Source: the human T2T-CHM13v2.0 reference genome, Homo sapiens. From it: a DNA stretch of 64,000 nucleotides. Below the pieces are notes generated by a model, which saw only the letters and a list, made by a program, of their open reading frames with translations, was not told the origin of the DNA and did no database searches. The DNA lies in NCBI RefSeq assembly GCF_009914755.1, contig NC_060940.1, one strand, 5' to 3'. Made by a program: the position numbers and the translations under genes. The first letter of the stretch is position 1. Each line of letters begins with the position of its first letter. Shown here one piece after another: positions 47,993-62,771 of the stretch.

Positions 47993-50811
47993 GGGATGAC
48001 AGGGAGTTTATCCTGGGGTCTGAGAGCAAGGGGGATGGAAAACAGAGGGGCATCAGGTGTGCCTCACTCCATTCTTCCCTCCTCCCTTCCTCGCCTTGGC
48101 AGGGTGTGGAGGTGGCTGGGCAGAGATCCTCTGCCCAGAGTGCTATGGGGAGGCAGGGGTTAATGTCTGGGGATGCTAATGGGTGAAATTTTGTTTCCTT
48201 GGAGCCAACTGAGAAAGCTAGAGGGGTAGGGGACTAGGCATTTGAATACCTGAGTTAGGACTGTGATCTGCCTATGAATTACTGATGGAAGTGGGTAGAT
48301 TGTTAAATCTGTAAAATGGGGCTAAGGAGGGATTGTGTTTCCAATCCCCAGCTCCTGCCATAAAATTCCCTTGGTACAAAGTGCTCTCCTAAGAGAAGTG
48401 CAGCCTTTTAGTATTCCAGATGACATGCACATTCCCTAAGGAGGCTCCTGCCAGTTTATCTGCACCAGACTTGCATGATTCAAGGAAAGTTACCAAGCAG
48501 CCAAGGTTACACCACTGGCTTCCTGGTAGATGAGTCAGCTATAAACAGAGGACTCTATAGTTCTACTTTCCCCCATTCTCAGAGGGACAAGCAAGAGCAC
48601 TGTCCATAACCACGCAGATCCTTACGTTGATCTGAGACATTGTACTTAAGCACAATTGCACCTTCTCAAGGTGTGAGGCTGCTGGGCAGACCATGACTCC
48701 CCTTATACAGATGAGGAAACAGACACAGGGGTTGACTTTTCCGAGGTCATGGAGCAAGTTACTGGTGGGGCTGGTTCCTGGCCAGCGTTTATTCTCCCAC
48801 TCTGGTTCCTGAACACCTGCTTGGTTTGGAAGAGGGTTTTTTTCCATGATGATAGGTATAAGTCTCCCTCCCATTCCCCCAAAGAAAAGCCCCCAGCCCA
48901 CCCTTGGGGTTGATGGGCAGTTTCGTGTATCCCAAAATGGGGTCCTTGGCTTGGCTAGAGTGTAGTTAAGCTACCACCAAACCCATGATCTTCAAAGCCT
49001 CCTAAAGCCATTGTGCCTCTGGCTCCCTCCTGCTCCGGGGTGAAGGGGGAGCTTGATGCTTGCACCTTCTTCCTTGTCCATCAGACTTCCACTGCCATCT
49101 CTACATCACAGCCTCAGGGAAGTCCCAAGGAAAGGCCATGGACCCGACAGAGAAGGAGGGCCATGAGGATTAAAATACCAGAGATGAGAGAGAGGTGACT
49201 TAGGAAGATATGTATACAGCCAAATCGGAATTCCACAAAAGGATCCAGAATTAGGCTTTGGGCGACCTTCCTCCCCTCCTGAACACCCAAAGGCTGCCAG
49301 GTGAGCCCAACACCGCAGTGCCTGAGGCACTCCCAGCCCTGTTTAGGCCTCTCTCCTACCAATTCTGGTTTCCGTTTTCAACATGGGGTTTCTTCCCAAT
49401 TCTAAGAGTACCCCCTACCACTCACAATCTTAAAAACACCTGAGAGAACTCTCCCTTGCAGCTCTCCAGGTCCCTGGAGTGGGCTCGCTGGAGCCCAATT
49501 AACCACAGCCCCCAGAGAGTTGGAGCCACCTCCCCACCCCTTCTGGATGCTGGCTGGTAGTAAACAAAGACAAAGAGACCTTAGGAGGCAGCTGAATCCC
49601 AACGAGAGGGAGGATGGGGGCAGGAGGACCCTTAGCCCATTCCAAAACAGAAAAAGCCACCATCACCCTAAAGAGTTGGATTATTTTCAAAATTCTTATT
49701 AGCTTTGTGGTAGAGAAAGGAAGAAGTGTATGTTTGGAGAGTGAGAAACTAGGACTCAAAGAGGCAAAATTCTTTTCACAAGATCACACAGCAAAGCAGG
49801 AAGAGGTGAAGGGGAAACCAGGAATCTGGTCTCCTAGTCCGCAATACCACTCCACCAACTCTGCCTCAGCAGTCAGCCAAGAGCATGCGTTTGGGAGGGT
49901 TCCAACGTTGTCTCTCAAAGGCTGAGGTAGGGAAGATGACAGCCAAGCCCACCCAGTGACCCTGGTGGGGTCTAGGGCTCTTCCGAACATCACCTCCATG
50001 CTCCGAGTGGCCCTGACGTGGCCTTACGTATCTGAGCCCATTGCTCTGTTGCTTCCTGGACACTTCTGTATCAGGACCTTTCCCCCTCTAAAGGATCCAG
50101 GTGGCTGAGGGATGCCCAGTTCAGAGTTCACACTGTCCTTTATTTGTGGTTCTGATTAGACAGGCCACCGGGCTCCTATTTTGCTGACCATCTGCGAGCA
50201 GCAAAGTTGTGGCTCCAAAGAGAAATGCCTTAGCTTTTGCTACCCCTTTGAAAGCAACTAAGAATGTAAAGATAAGATGAGTTCTCTTCCAGGGGCAAGC
50301 AGACATTCATGGGGCCAAGGTGAACATCCTACTCCCTTCCAAGAATCTAGCCTACATAGATATACTCGTATGTGCGCAGAAAGTTATATGAACAAACATG
50401 TCTATTACAGTGTTCTTCGGAAATACTAACAATTTCAGTGGGTGGAGGGGAGAATGTGCTTCACTGGGGGACAGAAAAATAAATATGGTCATCCCTATGA
50501 TGGAGTATGATAGAGCGAAGTGAAGCTTTTGTAGTGACATGGAAAAATGTCCAAGATGTATTATTAAGATATTGTTTAAAACTGTAGCTGAACACTATTA
50601 TAAGCCCGTTTTTATTATGAATGATATATGTATGTTGCAGGATATTTAGAAAAATACAACTGAATAATAGCGGCTCTCTCTGAAGAGTGGATGAGCCAAA
50701 TGAAAGGGGATTTTCTTTTACTTTCTAAGTTAATTTCCATAGCACTTGAAAATTTTACAAGAGCATCTATTTCCTGTGTAGTCAGCAAAACAATAAAGAT
50801 ATAAGAAGGGA

Positions 50812-51120
50812 GGCCAGGCACAGTGGCTCAGGCCTATAATCCCAGCACCTTGGGAGGCCAAGGCAGGAAGATCACTTGAAGCCAGGAGTTCGAGACCAGC
50901 TTGGGCAATACGGTGAGACCCCCCCTCCCCCCACTACAAATTTAAAAATTAAGCAGGTGTGGTGGCGCACGCCTGTAGTCCCAGCTACTTGAGAGGCTGA
51001 GGCAGGAAGATGGCTTGAGCCCAGGTAGTCCAAGCCTGCAGTGAGCTATGATTGCACCACTGCACTCCAGCCTGGGCAACAGAGCCAGACCCTATCTTTA
51101 AAAAAATAACTAACTAAATA
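50812..51120 (+). mobile_element. Alu (AluJ-like), intron 1
   Basis: TSD AATAAAGATATAAGAAG at 50792 and 51121. Confidence 0.92.
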
Positions 51121-53269
51121 AATAAAGATATAAGAAGAAAACAATGTGATAGACACCTTTTCTTCCCTTGTAAGAAATATGTATATGTCTCCAGGTGGGG
51201 GGATCTGCCTATACTCTTCTGGGCTTCTGTCCACCTCCAAGTGGCCCAGGTGACGTAGGGGGTGCTCAAAGCCTCTCACAGGGACTGAGTCCTGTTCCTT
51301 ATCTATGTGGACCCTGAGGATTTTGAAAATAACAACAGAGGCCACAAAGGGCTGAGGATGGCTCTACGCAGGCTCCCATCCTCGCCCTCTGAAACCCAGT
51401 GACCTGGCAGAAGTCTTCTCCAAGCCCACACAACACTGAGGACCACTCAGGGCCAGACTGCAGTGCCCAGGCAGGCTCTTCCAGGGCACGGGTCACTGCT
51501 CATTTGTTTGTCCCTGGTTTAGGGAATGGGGAGGAAATTTAGAACAGCAGCACCTCTCAGAGATGAACGGGAACCTGGGCAACTGGCCCTGGGCGGCTGC
51601 ATGAGAGGTCCTGCAATACCAAAGTGAAACACATGCTGAAATAGGGTCACAAAATATGTGATGTATATTAAGTGTTTATATAAATGACACAACAGTTACA
51701 ATGCTATAAGGTAATCATAGGATTTATCAAAACGATTGGGTCTTGGCCCATTAAAATCAACAGGGTCCGACACTGGGAACCAAGATTAAAGTTGTCAGAG
51801 GAGCGCTTTCTCTGAACCCTGTTAGTGAACCTCTGGGGGTCTGTATACCTCTCAGCTGGGCGTGGCGTGATGTCAGGATATGAGGCTCTCAGGGAACAGC
51901 CGCCTGACCCATCTGGGGTAGGCCCTGGAAAATGTCCCCCACCCCTGCCTCTGCTCCCTCCCCCAACTCCTCAGTTTTTTCACTAACAGCGTCCTTGGGT
52001 TGTGGAGTGTCCACGTGCAGCAGCTCTACGCTGGGTACCTCCAGGTGGGCTCTTGCCTGCTATGGCTCTGCTTCTCAGACTCTGATTGCACCAGCCGGCA
52101 GCGGGGAGCAGCTGGTCTGTGAAGAGCTGGGGCTCCCCGGGGGAGCCCGCCTAAGGGACCCGTTTCACAAACAAGATGCCAGCCCTGCATTGCCTTGATA
52201 TTGACAGCCAGGCCGGCTGTCCCTGCCCTGCTCAGCTTGTATATTCCCCTCCAGACTTCAGCAGCTTTACCAGCCAAGCCCCTGAGGGAGGTTTCCAGGG
52301 CTAAGGAGACCCCTCAGGGAAATCAATTCCAAAACCAAAGGAGCTAGAATTAATAGAGCAGGCCTGAGGCTCTTCAAGAACAGTGCCTCTCCAGCCCCAG
52401 CCTGCCGGCGGATTGCATCCCAGGCCCTCCTTTGCCAAGCCGGCCCATCTGGGGCCTCTGGCTTCAGCCCTCCCTCTGTCCTTGTTGGCTCTTCACTATC
52501 TCCCCTCTCACCCAATCTGCCCTATCCTTCTGGCCTCCCTCATGCCTGGGACTCAGCCCAGCATTAGGCTGCCAGATGTCCACAGGTTCAGGGGACCCAG
52601 CCCAGCTCCAGAACCACGGGTCCAAAGCAGCACAGCCCAGAAACATAGATTGAAATTCAAGTGCCCAAACATTCAGCTGGTGGCTGGTAGCTCTTCACTC
52701 TGGGGCTTATTCTTTTTTCCAGAAGCCACTGGAAGAAGCGTGTGTGTGTGTGTCAGAGAGAGAAGCCAGGACAAATGCAGATATGGACAGACATTGTCCC
52801 TGGGACAAATAGAAGGAGGCCAGGACCTCTGTCAGCTGTGGCTGAATCTCCTTCCCCCTCCGATTCCTCCTTTCTAAGATGGGGTTGATAACTGCTTACC
52901 TGGCAGGGTCGTAAAGAACAGATGAGGTGGGAAGTGGAAAGCTTTTTGGGAATGGTGCGCACCAAGCAAAGCAGGATTAATACTGGGGCAGAGCCTGGGG
53001 AAGCCAATTTCTTACCCCAAAGGGTAGGATTTGACTGTCCCAGAGGGTGCTCCAGATGGAGGTTAGAGGACTGTTTGCCTTCGATAAATCTGAACTCCAG
53101 ATAGACCGACAAGCGGCCTGGCCTCCTGGATGCCTTCTGGTGCAGCTTAACGAGGAAATTCCTTAACGAGGAAATTCTGGTGCAGCTCAAGGAGGAAGGT
53201 GCGAACCTTCCCTCCTTTGACCTCTCTAATCTATGGACTGCGAGTGCTACACAGACTGGTGCACTAGAA

Positions 53270-54563
<1,294 letters not shown>

Positions 54564-55206
54564 TTGAGAACCAGTATTCTAAGGAAAGCAGTGGTGCTGG
54601 AACTCTTCAGGCTAACGGGTTTTCATCTATAAATTGATTTAGAGGAACTTAAGAGGAGGGAGTATAAATGGAAGGCAATATTTGTTCCTTCCATTTATGT
54701 GAGATTTTACATCTTTCAGAATGCTTCCACAACATTACCTTGTACAGCTCTCACCATAACTCTGTAAAGTAGAGAGGGCATAAATAGTTATTCCCATTTT
54801 AGAGATAAAGAAACTGAGGCTCAGAGAGATTGACTTGCCCAACATCACATGGACAGTCATAGAGCAGGCGGTAGAATTATTAATATTATACCTCTTACTC
54901 AGGTACCTCTTACCTGTTCAACTCCTAGAAAATCTGAATGTACAAGGCTCAGGGAGAACAAGGTCTCCCTGAGGTCTCTTTTCACTGAGGGGTGAAGCCT
55001 CCTCTAGGCATGGCTTCCCAAGTGTCCGTGGTCAGATGAAAGGTAAAGAAGTATTGTCTCACTTTAAATTGGGGGAAACTGAGGCACGGTAGTGGTGCGG
55101 AATGGTAGCAAGAGTAGAATAAGGAAGGATGCAGGGTCTCTGGCTCTCACTTCGGCTCTGCTCCCTCATGTTCACAGGATGTGGTTTGATAAGAAGTTAG
55201 AAGTGA

Positions 55207-55224
55207 TGGTTGCCATGGTAACCA
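55207..55224. promoter_or_regulatory. RFX X-box TGGTTGCCATGGTAACCA
   Basis: Exact GTTRCCATGGYAAC match within an extended near-palindrome. Confidence 0.65.
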
Positions 55225-55503
55225 CGTCTTTATCGATGTCTTTATCGATGCCCATCCGCATGAGCCTTGCTTGGTGACCAGTCACCCCACCCGCTGCAAG
55301 AGGGTCATAGAAACATCAGACCATTCACTCAGTGCCGATGTCATCCTAGAAGGGTGTGCACCAGCCCCTCCTCTACCCCAGCCTCTAGTGATAAGGGCTT
55401 CCTGCAGATGGATGGGGAGTTGCTTTGAGGGAAGCCAGAGCAGCGAAGGCCATTTGCCATCCACAATCGAGGGCTGGGTGTGGAGTGTCCCTTCTGGGCC
55501 CTG

Positions 55504-55519
55504 CAGCGCCACCTGCCGA
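55504..55519 (-). promoter_or_regulatory. CTCF-like motif (TCGGCAGGTGGCGCTG on - strand)
   Basis: Matches CCRSYAGRKGGCRSY except at the first base. Confidence 0.55.
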
Positions 55520-56173
55520 TCTCTCCTGTGTTCCTCACTGTCTGCCATCAGCTGCCTGTCTGCCTGCCTCTCCCAGGCTGACCATTGATGCTCTTGGGAA
55601 ATGGGCCCACATCTAAAACTTGGTGATAGCTCCCTGAGCACCAGGCACAAAGTGGAACAGTGGCTCAGTTCAAAACATCAAGGCTTACTGCATTGAACCA
55701 CATTTCTGCCTTTTGTTGAGGTGCCCAGAGGGAGGTAGTGGAATTCCTAGTGTGGGGAGGGGGGTTCCTCCTGCCCCGGGAACCTCCTGCTGCCTGTGCT
55801 GCACAAGCTGAATTCAGAGAGGCGGCTTCTCTCCACAGGGCTGCCCTTCTAGCTCCTGGACCCCTTTCCCTGCCTCCAGTTTTCCTCCTTCCTTTCTCTG
55901 CCCCCTTCCCAGAGGCTGAGGCTTCTTGGGAGGTCTTCCCTGCTCATCCTTTCCAAGAAGCCCTGGAAGTCGATCTCTACTCTATGACACCATCATTCTT
56001 TCATTGCTCTCGACACTGGAAACACCATGTTTAAATTCATTTCCTTGCTTATTATCTGTCCCCTGCCCCACCCACACCCCATTACAGCATAAGCCCCACC
56101 ATGGCAGGACCTAGCTGGCCTTTGCACCTCCAGTGCCTGCACAATGCAGATGCTCAATAAAGGTTCCTCCAAT

Positions 56174-56468
56174 GGTCCAGGCACGGTGGCTCACGCCTGT
56201 AATCCCAGCACTTTGGGAGGCCAAGACAGGTGGAGGATTTAAAGACCAGCCTGGGCAACATGGCAAAACCCTGTCTCTACCAAAAACAAACAAACAAAAA
56301 ATTATTCAGGCATGTGCCCGTCGTCCAAGCTACTTGGGAGGCTGAGGTGGGAGGACGGCTTGAACCCAGGACATTAGGCTGCACTGAGCCGTGATCCAGC
56401 CACTGCACTCCAACCTGAGTGACAGAGCAGACCCTGTCTAAAAATAAAATAAAATAAAAATAAAAAAA
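56174..56468 (+). mobile_element. Alu (AluJ-like)
   Basis: Alu body and (A4T)n tail. Confidence 0.88.
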
Positions 56469-58373
56469 TTCCTCAAATGAATGAATGAGTGAATTAAGCC
56501 TGGATCAGGAATTAGGACACTTCCGTTCTGGTCCTCCCTGGCTGTGTGGTCCTGAGCAAGTTGCTTGCCTTCTGTGTCCTGTGCCTCAGTGTCTTCTGTC
56601 ACCAGAAAAGGATTCTACTCTGCCATGCCCGTGTGTCTGGAAAGATTATGTGTGGGTTCATTTCCCCCACAGCAACCCACACAGGTCTTACCCATAGTGA
56701 GGGCTCAAATTATCTGCTGGAGCAAAGAAAGACGGCAAAAGCGCTTTGAAAAGTTAAAGACATTCCACTGACCTTCAGCACTTTCCTGCTGGGCGAGGCA
56801 CTGGATGATTGTCTGAGTTTCTTGAGGTTGTTAAACCTCCTTCAAACCTTTCTAGAAAAAAAGATGGAGTAAAAATAAATACTTATTCTAAGTTCCAGAA
56901 AAACTCCAAGGAAAAGATGGCCCCTAGAGATCTGTACTTTACTTCTTTGGGTTCAGAGCGTTCAGTGGGGCGGGGCTCCGTGCTAGCCTTGCCTGCTCTA
57001 GCCTCCCTCTGCTCCCCTAAATCTTTCCAACCTGAAGAAAGCAGCCCAGGGCCAAGGTGTTTGCAGCATGGGCGGGAAGCACAAACAGCAGCCATAATGG
57101 CAGTGTCCGCCGGTATGTTTGAGGCTCGCTGCAGGCCAGCGCTGCGAGTGTATTATTATCCTCTTTAATCTTCATGGCAGCTGCATGAGGAGGGTGCTAT
57201 CATTGTCCCCATTTCACAGGAGAAGAAACTGAGGTTCACAGAGGTGGTGTCCTCTAATCTGGGTACGACAGAGGGAGGAGAAGAACCAGGTGTCGGTGCC
57301 TCAGCAAGAAAGGCCAGTCACTCTGCCGCCCCCCAAATGGTAGGTGAAGGGGCCAGAGAAGAAATGGCAGAACATGAAGGACCTGGTGCAAAACAGGGCT
57401 CCACAGAGGGATGACGGACCCTGTTCAGAGCTAAGTGGAGGCGGCTCTTGGAAACATACCATGCTGCTCTGCGGGCTTCCCCTACCCAGTTCCTTTCAGC
57501 CACCTCCCGATACACTCATGAAACATATACTCGCTCCTGTGTCCGCCCAGCCCTGGCTCCTGTGGCCTCTGCTTCACTGAACCATGACACGCACTCGTGG
57601 TGCCAGCTCTGAGCCCCCACCTCCTGCCCTAGCCTCGGGCTTCTGGAAGCTGCAGATGCACCCAGGGCTGAGCTCAGCTTTCCACCTCCCCGTCTGACTC
57701 TACAAAGCCTCCGAGGAGAAGAATGTGACTTTGCCTTCTCAGTTGAGAAGAAATTGCACCTCAGTGATAGGAGAATAGCCAGATCGCTGCAGGGAGTAAC
57801 CAGGAAGAGAAAAATTACTCATTCTTCCAACTCAGAGCATCATCAACTAGACGATGTCTTTTTGCCTAGAAAGCCCATCTCCCTGTCCCTCACTCCCCTA
57901 CTTTAGCCGGCCTCACAGGAACCACACTCTTCTGAAATTCCAGTTCTCCTAAGAAGCTTTACAAACATCCTAGAAGGAAGATAACCACCCCATCCTAGGA
58001 TAAAAGGGAACTCAAATCTCATTCTGCGAGCCCATTGCAATCATGTCTTTTCCCTGCAGACAAAAATACATAATTTATCTCATGTGATTCGTGCCATACA
58101 ATATTTATTGTGGCATATTCTTCACTCGAGAGTGCCTCTAAGTTTATTAAGAATTTAAATTCTCAGGGGGCCCTAGGAGGAGAGGCTGGGAAAAGCCTCC
58201 CCCCACAACCCCTCACAGAGGCTGGGGTAAATGCTCCTTTATTTTCTCTGTTGCGTTTGTAATTCCATTTGCCCTTGGTGAAAGCTACCACCTCCCTTCC
58301 CATTCGAGTTGAATCTCCTCTACGGGAATCTTGCTCAAGGGCTTTAGATCAAATTTGGAACTTGATGTTAGGT

Positions 58374-58700
58374 CAGTGGTTTTCAAACTTTGCTGCACAG
58401 GAAATCACCTGGGAGTGTTAAAAAAAAAAAAATCATGGTGCTTAGTTCACACCCCAAACAAATTGCATCAGAAAGTCTAGAGGTGGGGGCCAGATATCCA
58501 TATTTTTTTTAAGATCCCTGGGTGCCAGGTACCTGTAATCCCAGCTACTTGGGAGGCTGAGGCAGGAGGATCACTTGAGCCCAGGATTTTGGGGCGGTAG
58601 TATGTTATGATCACACTTATGAATAGTGCTGAACTCTAGCCTGGGCAACACAGCAAGACCCTGTCTCAAAAAAAAGGAAAAATCCCCAGGAGATTCTTTG
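58374..58700. mobile_element. MER5-like element with an inserted Alu right monomer (~58520-58680)
   Basis: CAGTGGTTTTCAAACTT...AATCACCTGGG; single Alu arm. Confidence 0.7.
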
Positions 58701-59291
58701 CCACAGCAAAGTCTAGGAGGCACGGCCTGAGCCCTGCCTGATTTCCCACCCACAAATGCCTCCTTCCCCATCACAGCACTGACCAGTGACCTTGACCATG
58801 CATTCAGCTCAGTTCTGGTCTCTAGTAGACCATCCAGGCTCAAGGCGTGAGAGCCTAAAGGACCTCTCACTACTTATGTGATCTCGCAAGTCAGGCTGTG
58901 ACCTCAGGACCTGGTTCTGATCACTGCACTTTTCCCACAGATTCATTCCCACCTTAGGCACGGGTTCTGGTAATGGAACTCAGTAACAACATTTATGCTG
59001 CACTCATAATGACTAGAGGATGGGCTTTCCATACAAAATCCTGTTTAATTATAATAACCCACTTTGCAGATGAGATGGGTTCAATAACTGTCTCAAAGTC
59101 ACACTGTTGGTAAGCACAGCAGAACCAGTCTTTAAATCTGCATCCACAGGCCTCAGAGCCTCCTCTCTTCATTACCAGGTGGGATGCCTCTCCTACCCTT
59201 GATCCCTGTGACCAAGTCTCAGGTAGGGCAGGGGGTGGGAGGTGACATCCCATAGGACAGATGCCCTGTGGTTCTCTCTTTTCTGGGCCCT

Positions 59292-59685
59292 TCTGTTTTT
59301 GTTTCCTAGGACTGTTATAGCAAGGCACTACAAACTGGGTGACTTAACACAACAGAAATGTATTCTCTCACATTTCTAGAGGCTAGAAGTGTGAAATAAA
59401 TGTGTCGGCAGGCTCTGCTAGAGCTCTGAGGGTGAATCTGCTCCCTGCCTCCCTCCTGGCTTCTAGTGGTTGCTGGCAGCCCACAGCGTTCCTTGGCTTG
59501 TACACACATCACACTGGCCTCTGCCTCCATCTTCACATGGTCTTCTTCCTGGGTCTCTGTGTCTCCATGAAGCCTTCTTACAAGGACACCGACCACTGGA
59601 TTTAGGGCCCACCCCAATCCAGTATGACTCATCTTAACTAATGACATCTGCAATGACCCTGTTTCCAAATAAGGTCCCATTCTGG
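59292..59685 (-). mobile_element. MaLR LTR (MLT1B/C-like)
   Basis: CAAACTGGGTGACTTAACACAACAGAAATGTATTCTCTCAC...TTTCCAAATAAGGTC. Confidence 0.82.
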
Positions 59686-60089
59686 GGGAGCACTCCAACC
59701 CGCTACACCTTCTGAACTCCAGGGACCCCAGTTCTGCCTCTGACCAGGTCCCGCCACTTGCTGATGACCTGTCACACCTCTGCCACCTCGTGCTTGCCCA
59801 GACATTAAGGACAGATTCGGAAGCTGCCAACTTCTGCTCTCCTCTGTCCTCTCGGACCCTGTGCTAGTTCCTCCCAGTATTTTCTAGCTGCTGAATGTAT
59901 GTTGTTCATCTTGGATCTCTAGGTGCAAATGCCCTGAGGGCTGGACCCACACCCCTAGCTCCACTGGCCTAGACACCTGCCTGTTGGCCAGCTGGGAGAA
60001 GACATTCTCCACGAAGCCCCCGACATGCCCACCCCGTGCCCCCCTTACTATTTAGTGTTGAGATTGATTTTTTCTCTCTCTTTTTACAG

Positions 60090-60166
60090 GAAATGGGTAT
60101 ATTGAAGGTAAAGAGCTAGAAAACTTTTTCCAAGAGCTGGAGAAGGCAAGGAAAGGCTCTGGCATG
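60090..60166 (+). CDS. CALB2: Calretinin coding exon 2 (GNGYIEGKELENFFQELEKARKGSGM)
   Basis: Polypyrimidine tract and TACAG acceptor ending at 60089; GTAAG donor at 60167. 77 nt, so 94+77=171 restores frame and completes EF-hand 1. Confidence 0.98.
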
Positions 60167-60556
60167 GTAAGCCCAGCCCTGTCTCCGATTGTGTGGGATT
60201 TTCCTGACCTATGCCTTTGAGCATGCTGTGTCCCAGTTATGTATGCCATAAGCAGGCCTCATATCGCTGGTCTTGACACAGCATTTTATTTGTAAGGATA
60301 AAAAATAGACTGTCCCCTAAGAGTACCCTATCTCAATATCCTTGGGTGTCTGGGATTGAGGGGTATTCATGAGTGGACACCAGGGGTTGATGAACCCTCC
60401 TGCAAAGCTGCAAAGCTTTGTCTGCGTATGCGTATATTAATATATATGTAGTATTTTTTTGTCCCTAGGGACAGAGTCCATAGCTTCCCTCAGGTGCTTA
60501 GGGGTCATGATTCCAGATTGGATGCCCAGGAGGTTTCAAGTGCCCTGATTCTAGAC

Positions 60557-60778
60557 CAGAGTTTCTCAGCCTCAGCGCTGTTGGCATTTGAGGCTGAATA
60601 ATTTGTTGCAGGGGCTGCCCTGTGCGCTGTAGGAGATTAGCAGCATCCCGGGATCTACCCATGAGATGCCACTATCATCCTCCTTCAAGCTGTGACCATC
60701 AAAAATGTCTCCAAACATTGCCAAATGTCCCCCTGGTGGGAGACTGGGGGCAGAATCGTCCTCAGAAGAGAACCACTG
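60557..60778. mobile_element. MER20 hAT DNA transposon
   Basis: TIRs CAGAGTTTCTC / GAGAACCACTG; 8-bp hAT TSD TTCTAGAC/TTCTAGAG. Confidence 0.88.
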
Positions 60779-62681
60779 TTCTAGAGCAACACGGGCTAGA
60801 ATCCCCAGCAAGGAACTAGAGGAAAATTGAGGATTGCTCTCAGCCAGTATCTGAACCAGACGGCACTGGCTGGCCTCATTTGTGGTGGTGTCACGACCTT
60901 CTGAGCCTGCCCAAAGTGACTCCAGATCACATCCCAGCCCCTTAGTGACAGGAGTGTTGCTTTCCCTGGTGCCAACGTGGCACTACTGAGTTTGCTAAAG
61001 CCTTTTGGGGGAGGTATTTGAAATACTGCAAAGCTCAGGTGATTGGAACTAGTCTGCTGTGATTGCCGTGTCTGGTTCTGGAGTACATGGAGTCAGCCCC
61101 ACACCCTCCCATCAGCTCCCTCGGGTCCTCTGGAGGCGTCTCTACTCTCCCCTGCTGCGTGTCTGTTGGCCAATCCACTGTTTATTTGCAGCTCTTCAGG
61201 GAGCATTTGGGAGATGAGTCACAAATCCACCAGTGAGCTCCTGGTTCAAAGCTTGGCAGAGCGCCCCAATGAGGAGGTCAAAGTGATGGGCTTAAAGGGT
61301 TGGAGGCGATTCATGGGTTTGTTTATCAACAGTTGTCCCATCAATTCCTAGGATAATGAAGCCTCGATCACAGAAAGCATGGGCTTCAGGACTGACTCTG
61401 GGATCATGGGCTAGTCGGAGAAATGTGTTTTTATGAAGTGCTTTGCATCTAGAATCCTTCTCTTAGTCATTCCCTTCCTCAGATGTCATCCGGGTAATTT
61501 TCAAGTCTGTCAACAATCCCAACTGATGCCATCCAGGACTGGTTCTCAGAGCAGCTGTTATATGGTAGAAAGAATATTGGCCTTGGAAGCAAAAGCCATG
61601 AGTTCAAATTCTGGCTTTACTTACTGGGTGCCCTCTAGAGAAGTCATCTCGGCCTCCATTAGTGTGTCAAATGGAAGGGCTACTAACTTCACAGGAGCTA
61701 CTGTACAACTTAAATAAGATGGCCACATTTGTGACAAGTGCCTGGGATCAGACTATGTACCTTTGTAAATATAAATAAATACTGATAAACAAATAAATAT
61801 TGACAAATTGATACTAATTCCAAAAGTAAAAAGCAATCAGAGGGATTCAGGAAACTCTCAGAAGTGGTAGGATTTCCCTTGGCCCAATCCTGGGGAGCAC
61901 ACAATTCATGTGGAAGTCATCAGCTGAGTGAGGCAGAAACATCAGCCGTGCAAGGTGGGCTCATCATTGATTAGGGAGAAGGAAGAGCTCCTTAATGCAA
62001 ATAATTAATCAGCACTATCTCAAATCAGGGGAAGGTTCAAGAGCTTCAAGTCTATATTTAAGATAGACAGCTGTGGGCTTGAAGGAATGTTTTAAGTTCT
62101 TTGCTTTCTAGTAGTCAGAATAATTGGGTGGACTGTTTAAATTACCCTTCGGCTACATGATGACCTCCTCCTCATGTTCCTCCTGATATGAAAATCAAGA
62201 GTGAAAATATTGTGGAATTGCCAGTTAGTCTTTAAAGAAAATGAGCAATCTACCTTGCTGTAATGAAGTGCTTAGAACCTATTAGGGGGCACTGGATTAA
62301 GTTCAGTTTGATTACAACCTACTTCAGTAAAATGTTGAGGCCTTAATTCTCACATCTGAGTGATGGGAACAAGTCCAAACCCTTCCTATAGAGTTGTAGC
62401 TTAATCCATCTCAAAGGCAGCAGGGCATGTTTGATTACCTGGTATGGAGCATGGCCACGTGTCCTTTGAAATTTATATGACTGAGCCTTGAAGAAGAGAT
62501 GACTTAATTTGAAGGGAACCTGGAAAGGAAAACAACACAGCTCTGATCAATCAGAGCATCAGCACAACTTGGTTCTGCACCCACTTACCCAGGATGCAAA
62601 TGATTTCCAAGCTTCCTGCTCTGAGATCATGGTTCACATGAGATACAGCAGCAAAAATCAGCCCCCTTTGTCTTTCCACAG

Positions 62682-62771
62682 ATGTCAAAGAGTGACAACT
62701 TTGGAGAAAAGATGAAGGAGTTCATGCAGAAGTATGATAAAAACTCAGATGGGAAAATCGAGATGGCAGAG
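62682..62771 (+). CDS. CALB2: Calretinin coding exon 3 (MSKSDNFGEKMKEFMQKYDKNSDGKIEMAE)
   Basis: TCTTTCCACAG acceptor, GTGAG donor at 62772; 90 nt, phase 0; EF-hand 2 loop DKNSDGKIEMAE. Confidence 0.98.

Noticed and set aside
44320-48163. Pair of similar ORFs (MDPGGADPNGRPTGK... / MAPGGADPKGRPTGK...) as a small gene family
   Set aside because: Similarity is confined to the DNA inverted repeat and most differences change amino acids; no coding evidence.
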